Shown here: positions 30,009 to 40,073 of the stretch, one piece after another
Position numbering within the stretch: position 1 is the stretch's first letter
How the letters are laid out: the number at the start of each line of letters is the position of its first letter
Source: Candidatus Omnitrophota bacterium
Lineage (GTDB): Bacteria; Omnitrophota; Gorgyraeia; Gorgyraeales; Gorgyraeaceae
NCBI GenBank assembly: GCA_030649895.1
Contig: JAUSEX010000030.1
Span: forward strand, 592-64,591
Length of the DNA stretch: 64,000 nucleotides
Direction: 5' to 3'
The notes under the pieces: model-generated
Databases searched by the model: none
What the model was told of the DNA's origin: nothing
The model's input: the letters and a program-made list of their open reading frames with translations, nothing else
Position numbers and translations under genes: made by a program

Positions 30009-30475
30009 CTTCGCGCCTTTCTTTTTATATGCCCTGGAATGAGGTCTACGATTTCGTTGATATCCACAACAATCAGGTATGCAGGCATTGGCAAAAACGC
30101 CTCAGGATGCGTTTCGTGGCCTTTCTCACCGTTTATGTTTTTTAATAAGCGGTGCGAAATCCTGGAAGTAATCTTATCTTCCCATAATCTCAATATGCTT
30201 TTACTAACCTTGTTTCTCTGCACGATCCTGGCTTTTCCTTTAAGGCAATACCCCTTAAACTTATGCTCGTCAACAGCAGTTATGCTTATATGCGGGTTGG
30301 CGTTGAGATTTTCATATGTCTTCGCCATGTAAAGATCCAAAAGATAGGCCTTGCCTGATTCATCGATCTGGACTATGCCTTTGCAGGAATTATGAGGATA
30401 TCCTTTCTTATCAATAGTGGATATCACTGTGTAGCGCTGATTATGAAAAAACTGAATTACATCAGGTTTTATCAT
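30005..30475 (-). CDS. Pyridoxamine 5'-phosphate oxidase-like FMN-binding protein
   Basis: ST.D..G.PH.S.KG, KT..NL..NP, GY.LKG.A. Confidence 0.75.
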   Translation of the reverse strand: MIKPDVIQFFHNQRYTVISTIDKKGYPHNSCKGIVQIDESGKAYLLDLYMAKTYENLNANPHISITAVDEHKFKGYCLKGKARIVQRNKVSKSILRLWEDKITSRISHRLLKNINGEKGHETHPEAFLPMPAYLIVVDINEIVDLIPGHIKRKARR

Positions 30476-31245
30476 TTGATAATCTTCTTTTTATAAACTA
30501 TGCCGAGCGGTATCTTCGAATCGATATTATAATCCCATTCTTTTATCTTTTCCATGGCTTGAGCGTAATCTTCCGGGTCGTGGTCTTTTAGTTCATAGAC
30601 CCTTTTATTGTAGTAATCGTACATATTGAAAAACGTCACGCATACCTGCAAGATATCCACAAGGCTGAAACCTTCATACGCAATCGCCTCTTTAAATATT
30701 TTCTTAAGAAGCTCTATGCCGTGCGTATATCCCCTGGCGATAAAATTTGCGTGGCTTGCCATCATAAGTTCCAGCGGATTTATAGGAGATTCTGTGGTGC
30801 CTTTTGGCGTAGAGCGGCCTTTGAAGCCTAGCGGCGATGTGGGCGTATACTGGCCCGTGGTCAAACCGTACACTCGGTTATTGTGAATTACGATATTTAT
30901 ATCGATATTTCTTTTTGCCGCGAATATCAAATGTTCCAGCCCTTCCCCGTATGTGTCCCCGTCCCCTGCAAACCCTATTACCTTGAGTTCCGGGTTCGCG
31001 AGTTTTATCGCCTCGCAAACAGGCACCACCCTGCCGTGCAAAGAGTAAAAACTGTTCACGTTCAGATAGTCTGCTATTTTAGCGTGACAGCCTATACCTG
31101 AAACAATCACTATCTTTTCCCGCGGAAAACCTTCTTCTATTATTACACCAAGCACTGCCTTAATGGCGTTTAATATCGCGAAATTCCCGCATCCCAGGCA
31201 CCATGTATTCTTTGCATTCGTAGTTAAGCTATTCGACACTGTCAT
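30472..31245 (-). CDS. 2-oxoacid:ferredoxin oxidoreductase beta subunit
   Basis: TWC.GCG, SGIGC, LHGR, GDGD...EG, NN..YGLT.GQ, C.TF; start at MTVSN. Confidence 0.92.
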   Translation of the reverse strand: MTVSNSLTTNAKNTWCLGCGNFAILNAIKAVLGVIIEEGFPREKIVIVSGIGCHAKIADYLNVNSFYSLHGRVVPVCEAIKLANPELKVIGFAGDGDTYGEGLEHLIFAAKRNIDINIVIHNNRVYGLTTGQYTPTSPLGFKGRSTPKGTTESPINPLELMMASHANFIARGYTHGIELLKKIFKEAIAYEGFSLVDILQVCVTFFNMYDYYNKRVYELKDHDPEDYAQAMEKIKEWDYNIDSKIPLGIVYKKKIIK

Positions 31246-31267
31246 TTTTCTAGTTGTTACTTTAATT

Positions 31268-31318
31268 ACACTTCGTAAATGTAAGCGGAACTTTGCCACG
31301 TTTACACTTACGAAGCGT
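31268..31318. repeat. Palindrome of the CTTCGTAA..TTACGAAG family, copy 2
   Basis: acacttcgtaaatgtaagcg...cgtttacacttacgaagcgt, between OFOR alpha and beta. Confidence 0.7.
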
Positions 31319-32968
31319 TTATCTTGCTTTTATCTTTTGCTCCAGTTCGGCAGGCGTAAAAGGCCGGCCATCGTATTTCAACACCCTGTCATCTACGTCT
31401 ATTCCGTGAAATTTAACAAAATCAGCCAATTGGCCCGCAGCGTTGTTCTCAACGCATATTATTTTTTTAACGCCCTTGATAGCTTCCTTGAACTGTTTTA
31501 AAAGAAACGGGGAAAATACCGTTGGCTGCACCACTCTTAACCCAAGCTTATCGCCTACCTCTACGCATACGCCCTTATTCGAACCCCAGCATAAAATAGC
31601 CGTAGAGGCGTCTTTTTTAGCGTAAACCTTCACGGTCTCATACTGCTCCAGCTCTTCAAGCAGATACTTTGCCTTCCGGAGCCTTTTGTCCTGCATTGCC
31701 GTTGTTAAATCTTTATCCTCTGTTGTAATACCAGCCTCGTCATGTTCATAACTGTTAACTTTTACTACAGCGCCTTTTTCGGAGGGAAATGCAAGAGGCG
31801 AAATCCCGTTTTTAACATTTTCATATCTTTTATATTCACCCGATTTACTCCACAATAAAGGTTCAGGCCCATTTATCTCGCCTGCCAGGCCTATATCAAA
31901 ACTATAAGCCCCTTCATTCAAAGTTTTATCGCATAAGATAATCGCCGGTATCTGATATTTCCACGCTAAATTCATGGATAAAGCTGACCAATAATACACC
32001 TCTTCCGCGTCTCCTGGCGCAACCACAAAGCGCGTAAATTCTCCCTGCCCTGCGCTCAAAGCAAAATTCAACTCTGTCTGGCCTGTATAGGTAGGGAGGC
32101 CTGTGCTTGGGCCTGGCCGCTGCCCCAGCAAAACCACTACAGGCAGCTCCGCCATCCCGCTGAAACTTAAACCCTCCGTCATCAGGCAAAATCCACCGCC
32201 GGATGACCCAACAGCAACTCTCGTGCCTGCGTACGAAAAACCCATTGCCATCAACATTACAGCTATTTCATTTTCCGGATGAATTATATTTAATGAAAAT
32301 TCTTCGCTAACAGCCGCCAGGTAATGCAGAACTCCGGATACAGGCGTCATAGGATAAGCTATGTACGTCTTCATCCCGCCTTTAATAAAACCCTTGCCTA
32401 TCGCCTCGTTCCCTGTAACAACAGGCAATATTCTTTGATCCAATTTTTCTATTTTAATGACCTCTTCCAGCCTGTCAAACCCCAGAAATGCCACTTTTAG
32501 ATTCAAATCCAGCTCTCTCGTAATGTTTTCTCTAAAAATCTTTTCCAGAATACCCTTTTCTACACCTATAGACTTGCACATCGCGCCTATAATGCAGGAA
32601 TTGCGCATCAGGTCTATCGCTTTTACCTCTTTGATTATTTCGCCTATGGGAATTCCAAATCCTAAATCTGATTTGACAGCACCAGAATCGTAAATAATGA
32701 TGGCTTTGGCGCTTAATCTGGACTTATGCAAATCTATACTATCCTGATTTAACGCGAGAAGGACATCTACAATATTTTCGTGAGCGGCTATTTTATTCTT
32801 GGCGCACCTTATTATTGAAAAGGTATGGCCACCTCTTATTACAGAAGGGTAATCGCGGTAAATATAAATTCGGTATCCAAGTTGGGCAAGGATTTCTCCG
32901 ATAATCAAGCTTGACTTATCGACACCATCCCCTGCCTTCCCAGCAATAAGTATTGAAAAGTCTTTCAT
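31319..32968 (-). CDS. 2-oxoacid:ferredoxin oxidoreductase alpha subunit (gamma-alpha fusion)
   Basis: G.AG.G, YPS.IRGGH, GNEA, YPMTP, E.EIA, SGGGF.LM.E, RPGPSTGLPT. Confidence 0.93.
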   Translation of the reverse strand: MKDFSILIAGKAGDGVDKSSLIIGEILAQLGYRIYIYRDYPSVIRGGHTFSIIRCAKNKIAAHENIVDVLLALNQDSIDLHKSRLSAKAIIIYDSGAVKSDLGFGIPIGEIIKEVKAIDLMRNSCIIGAMCKSIGVEKGILEKIFRENITRELDLNLKVAFLGFDRLEEVIKIEKLDQRILPVVTGNEAIGKGFIKGGMKTYIAYPMTPVSGVLHYLAAVSEEFSLNIIHPENEIAVMLMAMGFSYAGTRVAVGSSGGGFCLMTEGLSFSGMAELPVVVLLGQRPGPSTGLPTYTGQTELNFALSAGQGEFTRFVVAPGDAEEVYYWSALSMNLAWKYQIPAIILCDKTLNEGAYSFDIGLAGEINGPEPLLWSKSGEYKRYENVKNGISPLAFPSEKGAVVKVNSYEHDEAGITTEDKDLTTAMQDKRLRKAKYLLEELEQYETVKVYAKKDASTAILCWGSNKGVCVEVGDKLGLRVVQPTVFSPFLLKQFKEAIKGVKKIICVENNAAGQLADFVKFHGIDVDDRVLKYDGRPFTPAELEQKIKAR

Positions 32969-32983
32969 AAATTAGGTTATCGC

Positions 32984-33379
32984 TTATTCTGCTGTTAAGT
33001 CTTTAGAACTTTGCCATAAGCCATGTATGCTGCAATAAGAAGACGCTAAAATTACTCCTGATTTTTCTGTTTTGAACCTAAGGCCTGCTTCCGGGGCAGT
33101 ATAAACAGTGCTAGTATCTACGCCCTGGCCTGACTCTCCGTGTGACGTGAACTCAAACCTCCCTACCTGATATGGAAATTTTTCTCCTAGCGGAAGAAAA
33201 TAGATCTCTATCCAGCGGATATGATGGGCCGTAGTATTCGGATGCGCGATCTCTTTTCCGACGCTTGCTTTAATACTAACAGCTTCGCCTTTTTTTATCT
33301 TTTCAGGCGACTCAATCACAGGTACGTGTTTTTCCTTTTTCCAGTCAGCGCTTTGCAATAAATCCTTTAACTCCGCCAT
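32984..33379 (-). CDS. Superoxide reductase (1Fe, neelaredoxin type)
   Basis: EKHVP, HPNT..HHI.WI, YCSIHGLW. Confidence 0.92.
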   Translation of the reverse strand: MAELKDLLQSADWKKEKHVPVIESPEKIKKGEAVSIKASVGKEIAHPNTTAHHIRWIEIYFLPLGEKFPYQVGRFEFTSHGESGQGVDTSTVYTAPEAGLRFKTEKSGVILASSYCSIHGLWQSSKDLTAE

Positions 33380-33398
33380 AAGTGCCCCCTACATTAAA

Positions 33399-33536
33399 TT
33401 ATAATTCTTCAAACTGATCTTTGCCTACTCCGCATTCCGGACATACCCAATCTTCCGGTAAATCCTTAAACGTTACGTTACTGTTGTCCACTGGATCATA
33501 AATATAGCCGCACACAATGCACCTATACTTTTTCAT
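33399..33536 (-). CDS. Rubredoxin (45 aa)
   Basis: Not in ORF track; [15 protein letters not shown]...[23 protein letters not shown]; AGGAGG SD. Confidence 0.93.
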   Translation of the reverse strand: MKKYRCIVCGYIYDPVDNSNVTFKDLPEDWVCPECGVGKDQFEEL

Positions 33537-33548
33537 CTTCACCTCCTT

Positions 33549-34064
33549 CTATCCCACAACAGCCTTTAATGCTTCTAGCGCCCGTTCGTAATCAGGCGGA
33601 GACGATAGTTCCGGCACAATCTGAACATATCTGATAACATCTGCCTTATCCAGTATGAATATAGCCCTCGCCAGAAGCCTCATCTCTTTTATCAATACCC
33701 CGAACTTTTGGCCGAAATCAGCGTCTCTATGATCTGACAATGTTTTTACCGCCTTTATCTCATTTGCCTGACAGAATCTTTTCTGCGCAAAAGGCAGGTC
33801 CATTGAAATAAATATGATCACCAGGTCTCTGGAAAGCTTTGCAGCCTCGTCGTTAAACCTTTTTATCTCCAGGTCGCATACAGGGGTGTCCAGAGACGGT
33901 ACGGAAGCTATCAGTTTTATCTTATTCTTGAAACTTGAAAGGGTTATTTCTTCCAGGCTGGTATTCAGCGCCTTAAAATCCTGCGCCTTCTGGCCTGCCT
34001 TTGCTTCCTCTCCTGACAACGTTACCGCGCTCCCCTTTACCGTTACCACGTTTTTTCTGTCCAT
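33549..34064 (-). CDS. tpx: Thiol peroxidase
   Basis: VPSLDTPVC, ISMDLPFAQKRFC, LLARA. Confidence 0.93.
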   Translation of the reverse strand: MDRKNVVTVKGSAVTLSGEEAKAGQKAQDFKALNTSLEEITLSSFKNKIKLIASVPSLDTPVCDLEIKRFNDEAAKLSRDLVIIFISMDLPFAQKRFCQANEIKAVKTLSDHRDADFGQKFGVLIKEMRLLARAIFILDKADVIRYVQIVPELSSPPDYERALEALKAVVG

Positions 34065-34107
34065 ATCAACCCTCCGAAATAATAAGCGCTGTAATAATAT
34101 AGTTATA

Positions 34108-34135
34108 TGATACCATTTTAGTATCTTAAAAGCAA
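34108..34135 (-). promoter_or_regulatory. Promoter with second copy of the candidate Rrf2 operator
   Basis: TGATACC-N5-AGTATCT at 34108-34126 overlapping TTGCTT-17-TATCAT, upstream of tpx. Confidence 0.65.
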
Positions 34136-34169
34136 CATTAAATTTGACTAAAGTATTACAAATTTAGCC

Positions 34170-34208
34170 AAAAAAATAAGGCCCGGATCTTTACGATACC
34201 GGGCCTTA
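34170..34208 (-). terminator. Rho-independent terminator of csp
   Basis: taaggcccgg/ccgggcctta stem followed by a U-tract on minus strand. Confidence 0.8.
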
Positions 34209-34232
34209 CTGGCTAACTAATTTTCCGTTGGG

Positions 34233-34433
34233 TTATACCTTTGTTACGTTGACAGCCTGTTCGCCCTTAGGACCATTCTGTATGTCAAATTCCACTTCCT
34301 GGCCTTCTTCTAAAGACTTATAGCCTTCTCCCTGTATAACGCTGTGATGTACGAATACATCCTTACCGTTCTCAGGCGTAATAAATCCATAACCTTTCTG
34401 GTTATTGAACCACTTTACTTTTCCTCTCGCCAT
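34233..34433 (-). CDS. Cold-shock protein
   Basis: GKVKWFN..KGYGFI, DVFVHHS; long structured 5' UTR; promoter TTGACA-16-TATACT at 34566-34593. Confidence 0.95.
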   Translation of the reverse strand: MARGKVKWFNNQKGYGFITPENGKDVFVHHSVIQGEGYKSLEEGQEVEFDIQNGPKGEQAVNVTKV

Positions 34434-34596
34434 TACTCACTACCCCCTTTCTTTAAGATTATAGCAAATAATGGCAGAAACGAAAACGCCGCAAGGTTAG
34501 TACTCGTTACCTTACGGCTCCTGACATCTAATCCCTTATTTACTACTACTTTACTGATTGTAGTTAGTATAGCACTTTTCCTATATTTGTCAATAA

Positions 34597-35862
34597 CTAT
34601 TTTAACGGCTTCTTTTGAACAGCTGCCTCTATGATCTCCAGGTCCTTTTTGATCCCAGGCTCATCAGGCTCCAATTCCATTGCCTTCTGAATATATTGAT
34701 AAGCTTCTTTGAACTTCTTTGACTTATACAAAAGCTCTGCCTTTGTACTGAGAATAAGGCCGTTATCCGGGTTCAGCGCAATAGCCTTATCGATTATCCT
34801 TAACCCTTCCTTGATATTTTTCCCGGTTTCAAAATACGAATAAGCCTTGTTATTGTAGGCTGCGGCCAGGAGCTCTGCGGCGTATCTGTCGTTAACGCCT
34901 CGATCAAATGCGTATTCAAGCCTTTCTATCCCTTTATCGCATTCCTCCATAACTAAAAATATATTGCCTGCGCAATAAGCCAATTTTGAATTCCCTGGAT
35001 CTACTTTATACGCCTTATTAACCCAATCCATGGCATCTTTGAAATACGCTTTCTTATTGACCTTTAACCCAAGATGCATATAGGTATTGGCTATAGATAT
35101 ATAAGTAGGGATATAATCAGGTTTTAACTCCCGGGCTTTATTAAAAGATTCCATTATCACAGGCAAATTCTTTTCCATATCACCGTAAGAAAAATCCCTT
35201 ATAATTGTTCCAAATACCCTGTGAGCCATATAGCTGTCAGGATTGGCTTTTACAGCCTCCTTAAAAAGCTCTTTTACCTTATTTATATTATTAAGTTTAC
35301 TAGCGCAGGATATGTAAGCATCATAATAAAAATCAGCCTCTTCATCCAGTTTACTCAACATCTTGAACTCCACTCCAGCTTTTTTATACTGGCCTTTCAG
35401 AATATAATAGTTCAATAAATGCAAACGGCTGGTGATATTTTTAGGATTAAACTTGAGCGATTTGATGGCCGGTTTTCGGATATAATCCGCTTTTCCCAGG
35501 TTAAGGTATTCTCTTGCGAGATTCCCGTAAACCATATCCCATTCGCTTCTTTCAGGGGTATATTTTATTTCTGATTCCAGGGCTTCCAGCGCCTTTTCGT
35601 AGTCTCCCGTATAATCATAAAAAAAAGCAAGCATTGCGTAATTAATGTTATTTCTAGGATTTTTTTTAACCTCTTCCTGAACTTTATCAGCCGCTTTATG
35701 CGCTTCCTCAGGCAATGCTTGTCCGGACAAAAATTTTTCTAAGCTGGCTATTTTAATGACAGAATCGTCTGCTAAAGCCGGGACACCTATGCAGGCTAGT
35801 AAATGCGCAGCGAAGAGCACGGCTATCGCAAAAATAATTTTATTCGTTTTAATTATACCCAT
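34597..35862 (-). CDS. Exported tetratricopeptide-repeat protein
   Basis: Signal peptide; repeated KA...P TPR units. Confidence 0.8.
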   Translation of the reverse strand: MGIIKTNKIIFAIAVLFAAHLLACIGVPALADDSVIKIASLEKFLSGQALPEEAHKAADKVQEEVKKNPRNNINYAMLAFFYDYTGDYEKALEALESEIKYTPERSEWDMVYGNLAREYLNLGKADYIRKPAIKSLKFNPKNITSRLHLLNYYILKGQYKKAGVEFKMLSKLDEEADFYYDAYISCASKLNNINKVKELFKEAVKANPDSYMAHRVFGTIIRDFSYGDMEKNLPVIMESFNKARELKPDYIPTYISIANTYMHLGLKVNKKAYFKDAMDWVNKAYKVDPGNSKLAYCAGNIFLVMEECDKGIERLEYAFDRGVNDRYAAELLAAAYNNKAYSYFETGKNIKEGLRIIDKAIALNPDNGLILSTKAELLYKSKKFKEAYQYIQKAMELEPDEPGIKKDLEIIEAAVQKKPLK

Positions 35863-35980
35863 AAATTGTCGCGTAAACTATATCGCATTCCGCACGATTC
35901 CTGTATCCCTTTTGCGCTCGCTATCCTCATAATTAATAATATTAAAATGCATTAACTTTACTACTTATTGGAATGAAATT

Positions 35981-36202
35981 TTAATCTCTCCAGAAATATA
36001 ACGCTGCAGTTAAAACAATGCCAATAAGATAAACAGCTATCGTTCCTGATAAGAAATAAGGATACGCCATTAAGGCGATACCTATAATCATGGACCGCCA
36101 CGCTGCATTCTTCTTGCCATAAATAAAAGCCACAAATCCAATCGCACCGAAAATAGCACAAGCAGTTATATTAGCTATATTGTAATCTTCGGCTTTAAAC
36201 AT
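35981..36202 (-). CDS. Small three-TM membrane protein
   Basis: FG.IG...F.YGKK, G.ALM.YPYF pattern. Confidence 0.7.
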   Translation of the reverse strand: MFKAEDYNIANITACAIFGAIGFVAFIYGKKNAAWRSMIIGIALMAYPYFLSGTIAVYLIGIVLTAALYFWRD

Positions 36203-36219
36203 AGAGAATCCTATACCAA

Positions 36220-36678
36220 TTAAGAGTGTTTTTTCCGCCGGGCGTGAAATGGTTTTTTCTTTCTACTCTGGGTAAACTCCCTTTCTTCCGGCCTGTTGTC
36301 GTATTTTACTTTAAACGAACCACCTTCTTCCTTGCGTTTCGAGAAACACTCCTTACAGTATACCGGGCGGCCCGCGCTGGGTTTGAAAGGCACTTCGCAT
36401 TCTTGTTTGCAGTCTGCGCAAACCACCTGAGTAAATGTCCTTTCCCTGAAACTGTTGTCCTGCCTTCCGCTGTCATTACGGCGAGAGTTGTCAAAACGCT
36501 GAAAAGGTTTTGAGAAGTGCTTTTCTTCGGAAGGCCTCTCCGAAGACCTGCCAATCAGGATATCTATCTTCTTCTCCAGATTAGCCAGCTGCTCCTGCAT
36601 TTTTCCTGCTAAATCCGCTAGACCCGGCTCAACCTGCGCCGGGGATGAAGAACCTTTGCGTTTAAAAGTTTTTTTCAT
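36220..36678 (-). CDS. CxxC-x17-CxxC domain protein
   Basis: CADC..ECEVPFKP...RPVYCKEC. Confidence 0.85.
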   Translation of the reverse strand: MKKTFKRKGSSSPAQVEPGLADLAGKMQEQLANLEKKIDILIGRSSERPSEEKHFSKPFQRFDNSRRNDSGRQDNSFRERTFTQVVCADCKQECEVPFKPSAGRPVYCKECFSKRKEEGGSFKVKYDNRPEEREFTQSRKKKPFHARRKKHS

Positions 36679-36699
36679 ATTACTCCTTTTTTGTCCAGT

Positions 36700-37968
36700 T
36701 TATTTCCATACAAACCAGATAAACAGGTACGCTACGGTTACAGCTACGATTGTAAACGGCAGCCCTATCTTTACAAAATCTTTAAATCTGACTTCGTAAC
36801 CTTCTTTTTTTAATAACCCGCATGCGACAATATTCGCAGACGCGCCTATGGGAGTGATATTGCCGCCTAAGCTGGCCCCTATAAGGAGGCCGAATAAAAA
36901 TAAAAAAGGGTGTATATTAAGCTGGGTTGCCATGGAAACAGCAACCGGAAGCATGGCTGCTAAAAAAGGCACGTTATCTATAAATGCCGAAAGGAACATG
37001 GCCATAAAAACTAACAAGGTATACCCCAAAAATATATTGGTGCCCACAAGCCCTGAAAGAAAATTAGAAATTATTCCGATCCAGCCGGTTAATGTTATGC
37101 CGCCCACTAGGATAAACACCGCCATGAGGAAAAATGTCGTATCCCAATCCAGAGATTTTATGCCTTCTACAGCTGAGCCCTTGTTTATTAATTTTTCCCA
37201 GGCTATAGAAATAACGCCGAATACCACGCAGATTATCCCTGCCATGTATGAAAAACCTGTATCAAAAAAAGAAGACAACGCCAATAAAAGAATAAGGCTT
37301 ACCAAAAGGATTGTAGGCACCCAAGATTTTACCTTTTCAACAGGCGCTATTTCCACTTTTTCTTTGTGGCCCCTGAATATATAATATAAAATAAAAAACG
37401 AAGCAATGGCCGCTAACTCAACGGCAAAAAATATGCTGGGCCTGCCTTTATAGAAGAAAAAATCCATAAAGCTCATCTTCGCAAAACCGCCCAGAAGCAT
37501 GCTGGGTGGATCTCCTATCAATGTAGCTGTGCCCTGCAGGTTGCTTGAGATAGCTATGGCTATCATCATATTCATAGGGTTTATCTTTATTTTTTTTGCC
37601 AGCGCTATAGCAATGGGCGCAACTATCAAAACAGTGGCTACGTTTTCCACGAATGCCGATATAAACCCGGTCATGGCGCATATTAATAATATCGACCAGG
37701 CAGTATTTTTCGCCTTATCTACTATTATCTCCGCAATATACGCGGGTACCCTGCTTTCCATAAAGATGTCGGCAACCACCAGCGTTCCTACAAATATTCC
37801 CATTACGTTCCAGTTTATCGCGTAAAAAGCCTGCTTCAGAGAAATCGACTGCAAGACAATAAGCAATACAGCTCCAAGAACAGCTATAACAGTCCTCTTC
37901 TTAGGCAAAAATATAAAAAGCATGTAACAGGCAATAAATATCAATAAAGCTATTATCTTACTAGGCAC
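36700..37968 (-). CDS. ArsB/NhaD/SLC13-type ion transporter
   Basis: SAFVENVATV, SNLQG.ATLIGDPP, SAFIDNVP, GGN.TPIGASAN. Confidence 0.88.
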   Translation of the reverse strand: MPSKIIALLIFIACYMLFIFLPKKRTVIAVLGAVLLIVLQSISLKQAFYAINWNVMGIFVGTLVVADIFMESRVPAYIAEIIVDKAKNTAWSILLICAMTGFISAFVENVATVLIVAPIAIALAKKIKINPMNMMIAIAISSNLQGTATLIGDPPSMLLGGFAKMSFMDFFFYKGRPSIFFAVELAAIASFFILYYIFRGHKEKVEIAPVEKVKSWVPTILLVSLILLLALSSFFDTGFSYMAGIICVVFGVISIAWEKLINKGSAVEGIKSLDWDTTFFLMAVFILVGGITLTGWIGIISNFLSGLVGTNIFLGYTLLVFMAMFLSAFIDNVPFLAAMLPVAVSMATQLNIHPFLFLFGLLIGASLGGNITPIGASANIVACGLLKKEGYEVRFKDFVKIGLPFTIVAVTVAYLFIWFVWK

Positions 37969-37976
37969 ATTACCCC

Positions 37977-38330
37977 CTATTTCTTCTCACCTTTATCCGT
38001 AAGACATTTTTTGCTGCGCACAGGGCAATTCTTTTTCATCTCTTCCATCGCATTCTTCATCGCTTCCATGTCTATCTTCACTTCGGTTTCCTTTACAATA
38101 TTCAATTGCGCGTCATATTTTATGAGCCTGCTGCCTATCATCAACACTACCCCGCCATCCTGGGTCGCCAGGAGTTTTTTGTCGTTCATCATCTTCACCA
38201 TATGGCACATCGGACAATTCATGTCATCTTTTTTATCCGATTTTCTCTCTCCCGTATCTCTGGCAAAAGATACGGATAAAAAAGATATACAGACTACTGC
38301 CGCGAGAAGCATAAAAAATATTTTCTTCAT
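37977..38330 (-). CDS. Exported Met/Cys-rich hypothetical protein
   Basis: Signal peptide; CPMCH; AT.DGGVV..G..L.KYD. Confidence 0.65.
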   Translation of the reverse strand: MKKIFFMLLAAVVCISFLSVSFARDTGERKSDKKDDMNCPMCHMVKMMNDKKLLATQDGGVVLMIGSRLIKYDAQLNIVKETEVKIDMEAMKNAMEEMKKNCPVRSKKCLTDKGEKK

Positions 38331-38346
38331 CCTGCACCCCTTTCTT

Positions 38347-39099
38347 TTATCCAACGAAAACCAATAAAGCCATTATGCCGATACCCAACATGATTGCGAC
38401 AAGCTGCATTAACGACGTGGAAATCTTTACGTGGTCTTCCTTGTGAAGTTCGGGTATTAAATCAGACCCGCCTATATATAAAAACCCGCCTGCTGTTACA
38501 GGCAATAGATATGTAGCGAAGCCTTTCATCCTGGATTCCAGGGTAAGGGCTATTATTGCGCCGACTACAGCTGTAAGCGCTGAAATAAAATTTAAAAATA
38601 ACGCCTTTTTTATAGACAAGCCGCTATAAACCAGTATTCCGAAATCTCCTATCTCCTGCGGGATCTCATGAAGTATTACGGCAAGGGTGGTTGCAATGCC
38701 CATTGGAACAGACACGGCAAAACTGCCTGCCACTATCATACCATCCAGCATATTATGCACGCCGTCTCCTATTACATTCAGCATGACTACGGGATGGACA
38801 TGTTCTTTGGAAGTAGGTACATGGCAATGCCTCCAGCGTATGAATTTTTCAAGGATAAAAAAAATAAAAAAACCTAACAGGACATATAGCGAGGTTTTAA
38901 TATTTATTCCCAGGGCTTCAAATGACTGAGGCAGAAGGTGTATAAAAGCGTCGCCGAATAATCCGCCCACTGCAAAACTCACCATAAATAAGAGCATCGC
39001 CCTGAGCCTTGTCTTATTCAGCGAAAGCGTGGCTACGCCTATAAGAGAAATCAGGCTTATTACAATAACGCTCCCTATTGCCCAAGCCCAAACTTTCAT
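38347..39099 (-). CDS. ZIP-family metal transporter
   Basis: G.LFGDAF.HLLP, HCH, D.VHN..DG, HEIPQE.GDF. Confidence 0.92.
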   Translation of the reverse strand: MKVWAWAIGSVIVISLISLIGVATLSLNKTRLRAMLLFMVSFAVGGLFGDAFIHLLPQSFEALGINIKTSLYVLLGFFIFFILEKFIRWRHCHVPTSKEHVHPVVMLNVIGDGVHNMLDGMIVAGSFAVSVPMGIATTLAVILHEIPQEIGDFGILVYSGLSIKKALFLNFISALTAVVGAIIALTLESRMKGFATYLLPVTAGGFLYIGGSDLIPELHKEDHVKISTSLMQLVAIMLGIGIMALLVFVG

Positions 39100-39100
39100 A

Positions 39101-40015
39101 TTATCCTTTTCCGAGAAAGTGCTGGCAGGCAAACGCCGCAGTAGCTCCGTCTCCACAGGCAGTTACCACCTGCCTTAGCAGCTTTTTGCGGCAGTCGCCG
39201 CACGCAAATACGCCTGGTTTTAGAGTTAGGCAATTATCGTCTGTAATTATATATCCGCTTTCGTCCAGCGGCAGCGCATCCTTCAAAAAACCGGTATTTG
39301 GAGCATACCCTACAAATATAAAAACGCCATCGCATAAAACTTCTGTTTCTACGCCGGTTTTTACATTTTTTACTTTTACAGACGCAACCTTGGCAGGGCC
39401 TGTAATCTCAGAGATAATCGCATCCCATACAAATTCTATTTTTTTATTGTTAAACGCCCTTTCCTGCAAGATCTTTGTCCCGCGCAAAGCGTTTCTTCTA
39501 TGTATAACAGTGACTTTTTTCGCAAATCTCGTTAGAAAAATCGCTTCCTCAAGCGCGGTATCGCCTCCGCCCGCTACCACCACTTCTTTATTTTTAAATA
39601 ATGCGCCGTCGCAGGTAGCGCAGTACGATACGCCCTTGCCTCTAAATTTATCCTCGCCTGGCACCCCTAATCGCTTAGGCCTTGCCCCGCTCGCGATAAT
39701 CACGGCCCTGCCGGAATAAGTTTTATCATCTGTCTCTATCAGCCAGAAGGGCCTATTTTCTTTGATGCCCTTTACCTCGTTTATAATAAATTCCGTTCCG
39801 AATTTTTCAGCCTGCTTCTTAAACTTCTCTATCAATTCAAATCCATTGACACCATCGGGAAATCCCGGGTAATTTTCAATCTGGTCTGTGGTAACAGCCT
39901 GGCACGCTACGGAATAGCTCTCTATAAGGAGCGTATTCAGCCCTGCCCTTGAAGTGTATATCCCGGCGGTAAGGCCTGCCGGCCCTCCGCCTATAATAAT
40001 GACATCGTAGTCCAT
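39101..40015 (-). CDS. trxB: Thioredoxin reductase
   Basis: GGGPAG, CATCDG, GGGDTA.EEA, HRR, RQV.TA.GDG. Confidence 0.93.
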   Translation of the reverse strand: MDYDVIIIGGGPAGLTAGIYTSRAGLNTLLIESYSVACQAVTTDQIENYPGFPDGVNGFELIEKFKKQAEKFGTEFIINEVKGIKENRPFWLIETDDKTYSGRAVIIASGARPKRLGVPGEDKFRGKGVSYCATCDGALFKNKEVVVAGGGDTALEEAIFLTRFAKKVTVIHRRNALRGTKILQERAFNNKKIEFVWDAIISEITGPAKVASVKVKNVKTGVETEVLCDGVFIFVGYAPNTGFLKDALPLDESGYIITDDNCLTLKPGVFACGDCRKKLLRQVVTACGDGATAAFACQHFLGKG

Positions 40016-40073
40016 AGTATTATTTATTATACCAAATTTCAGACTGGTTTAGGAGAAATATCTTTATTCTTTC

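Noticed and set aside
34440-34560. Hairpin in the csp 5' UTR as a novel riboswitch
   Set aside because: Long structured UTRs are expected for cold-shock genes; single copy
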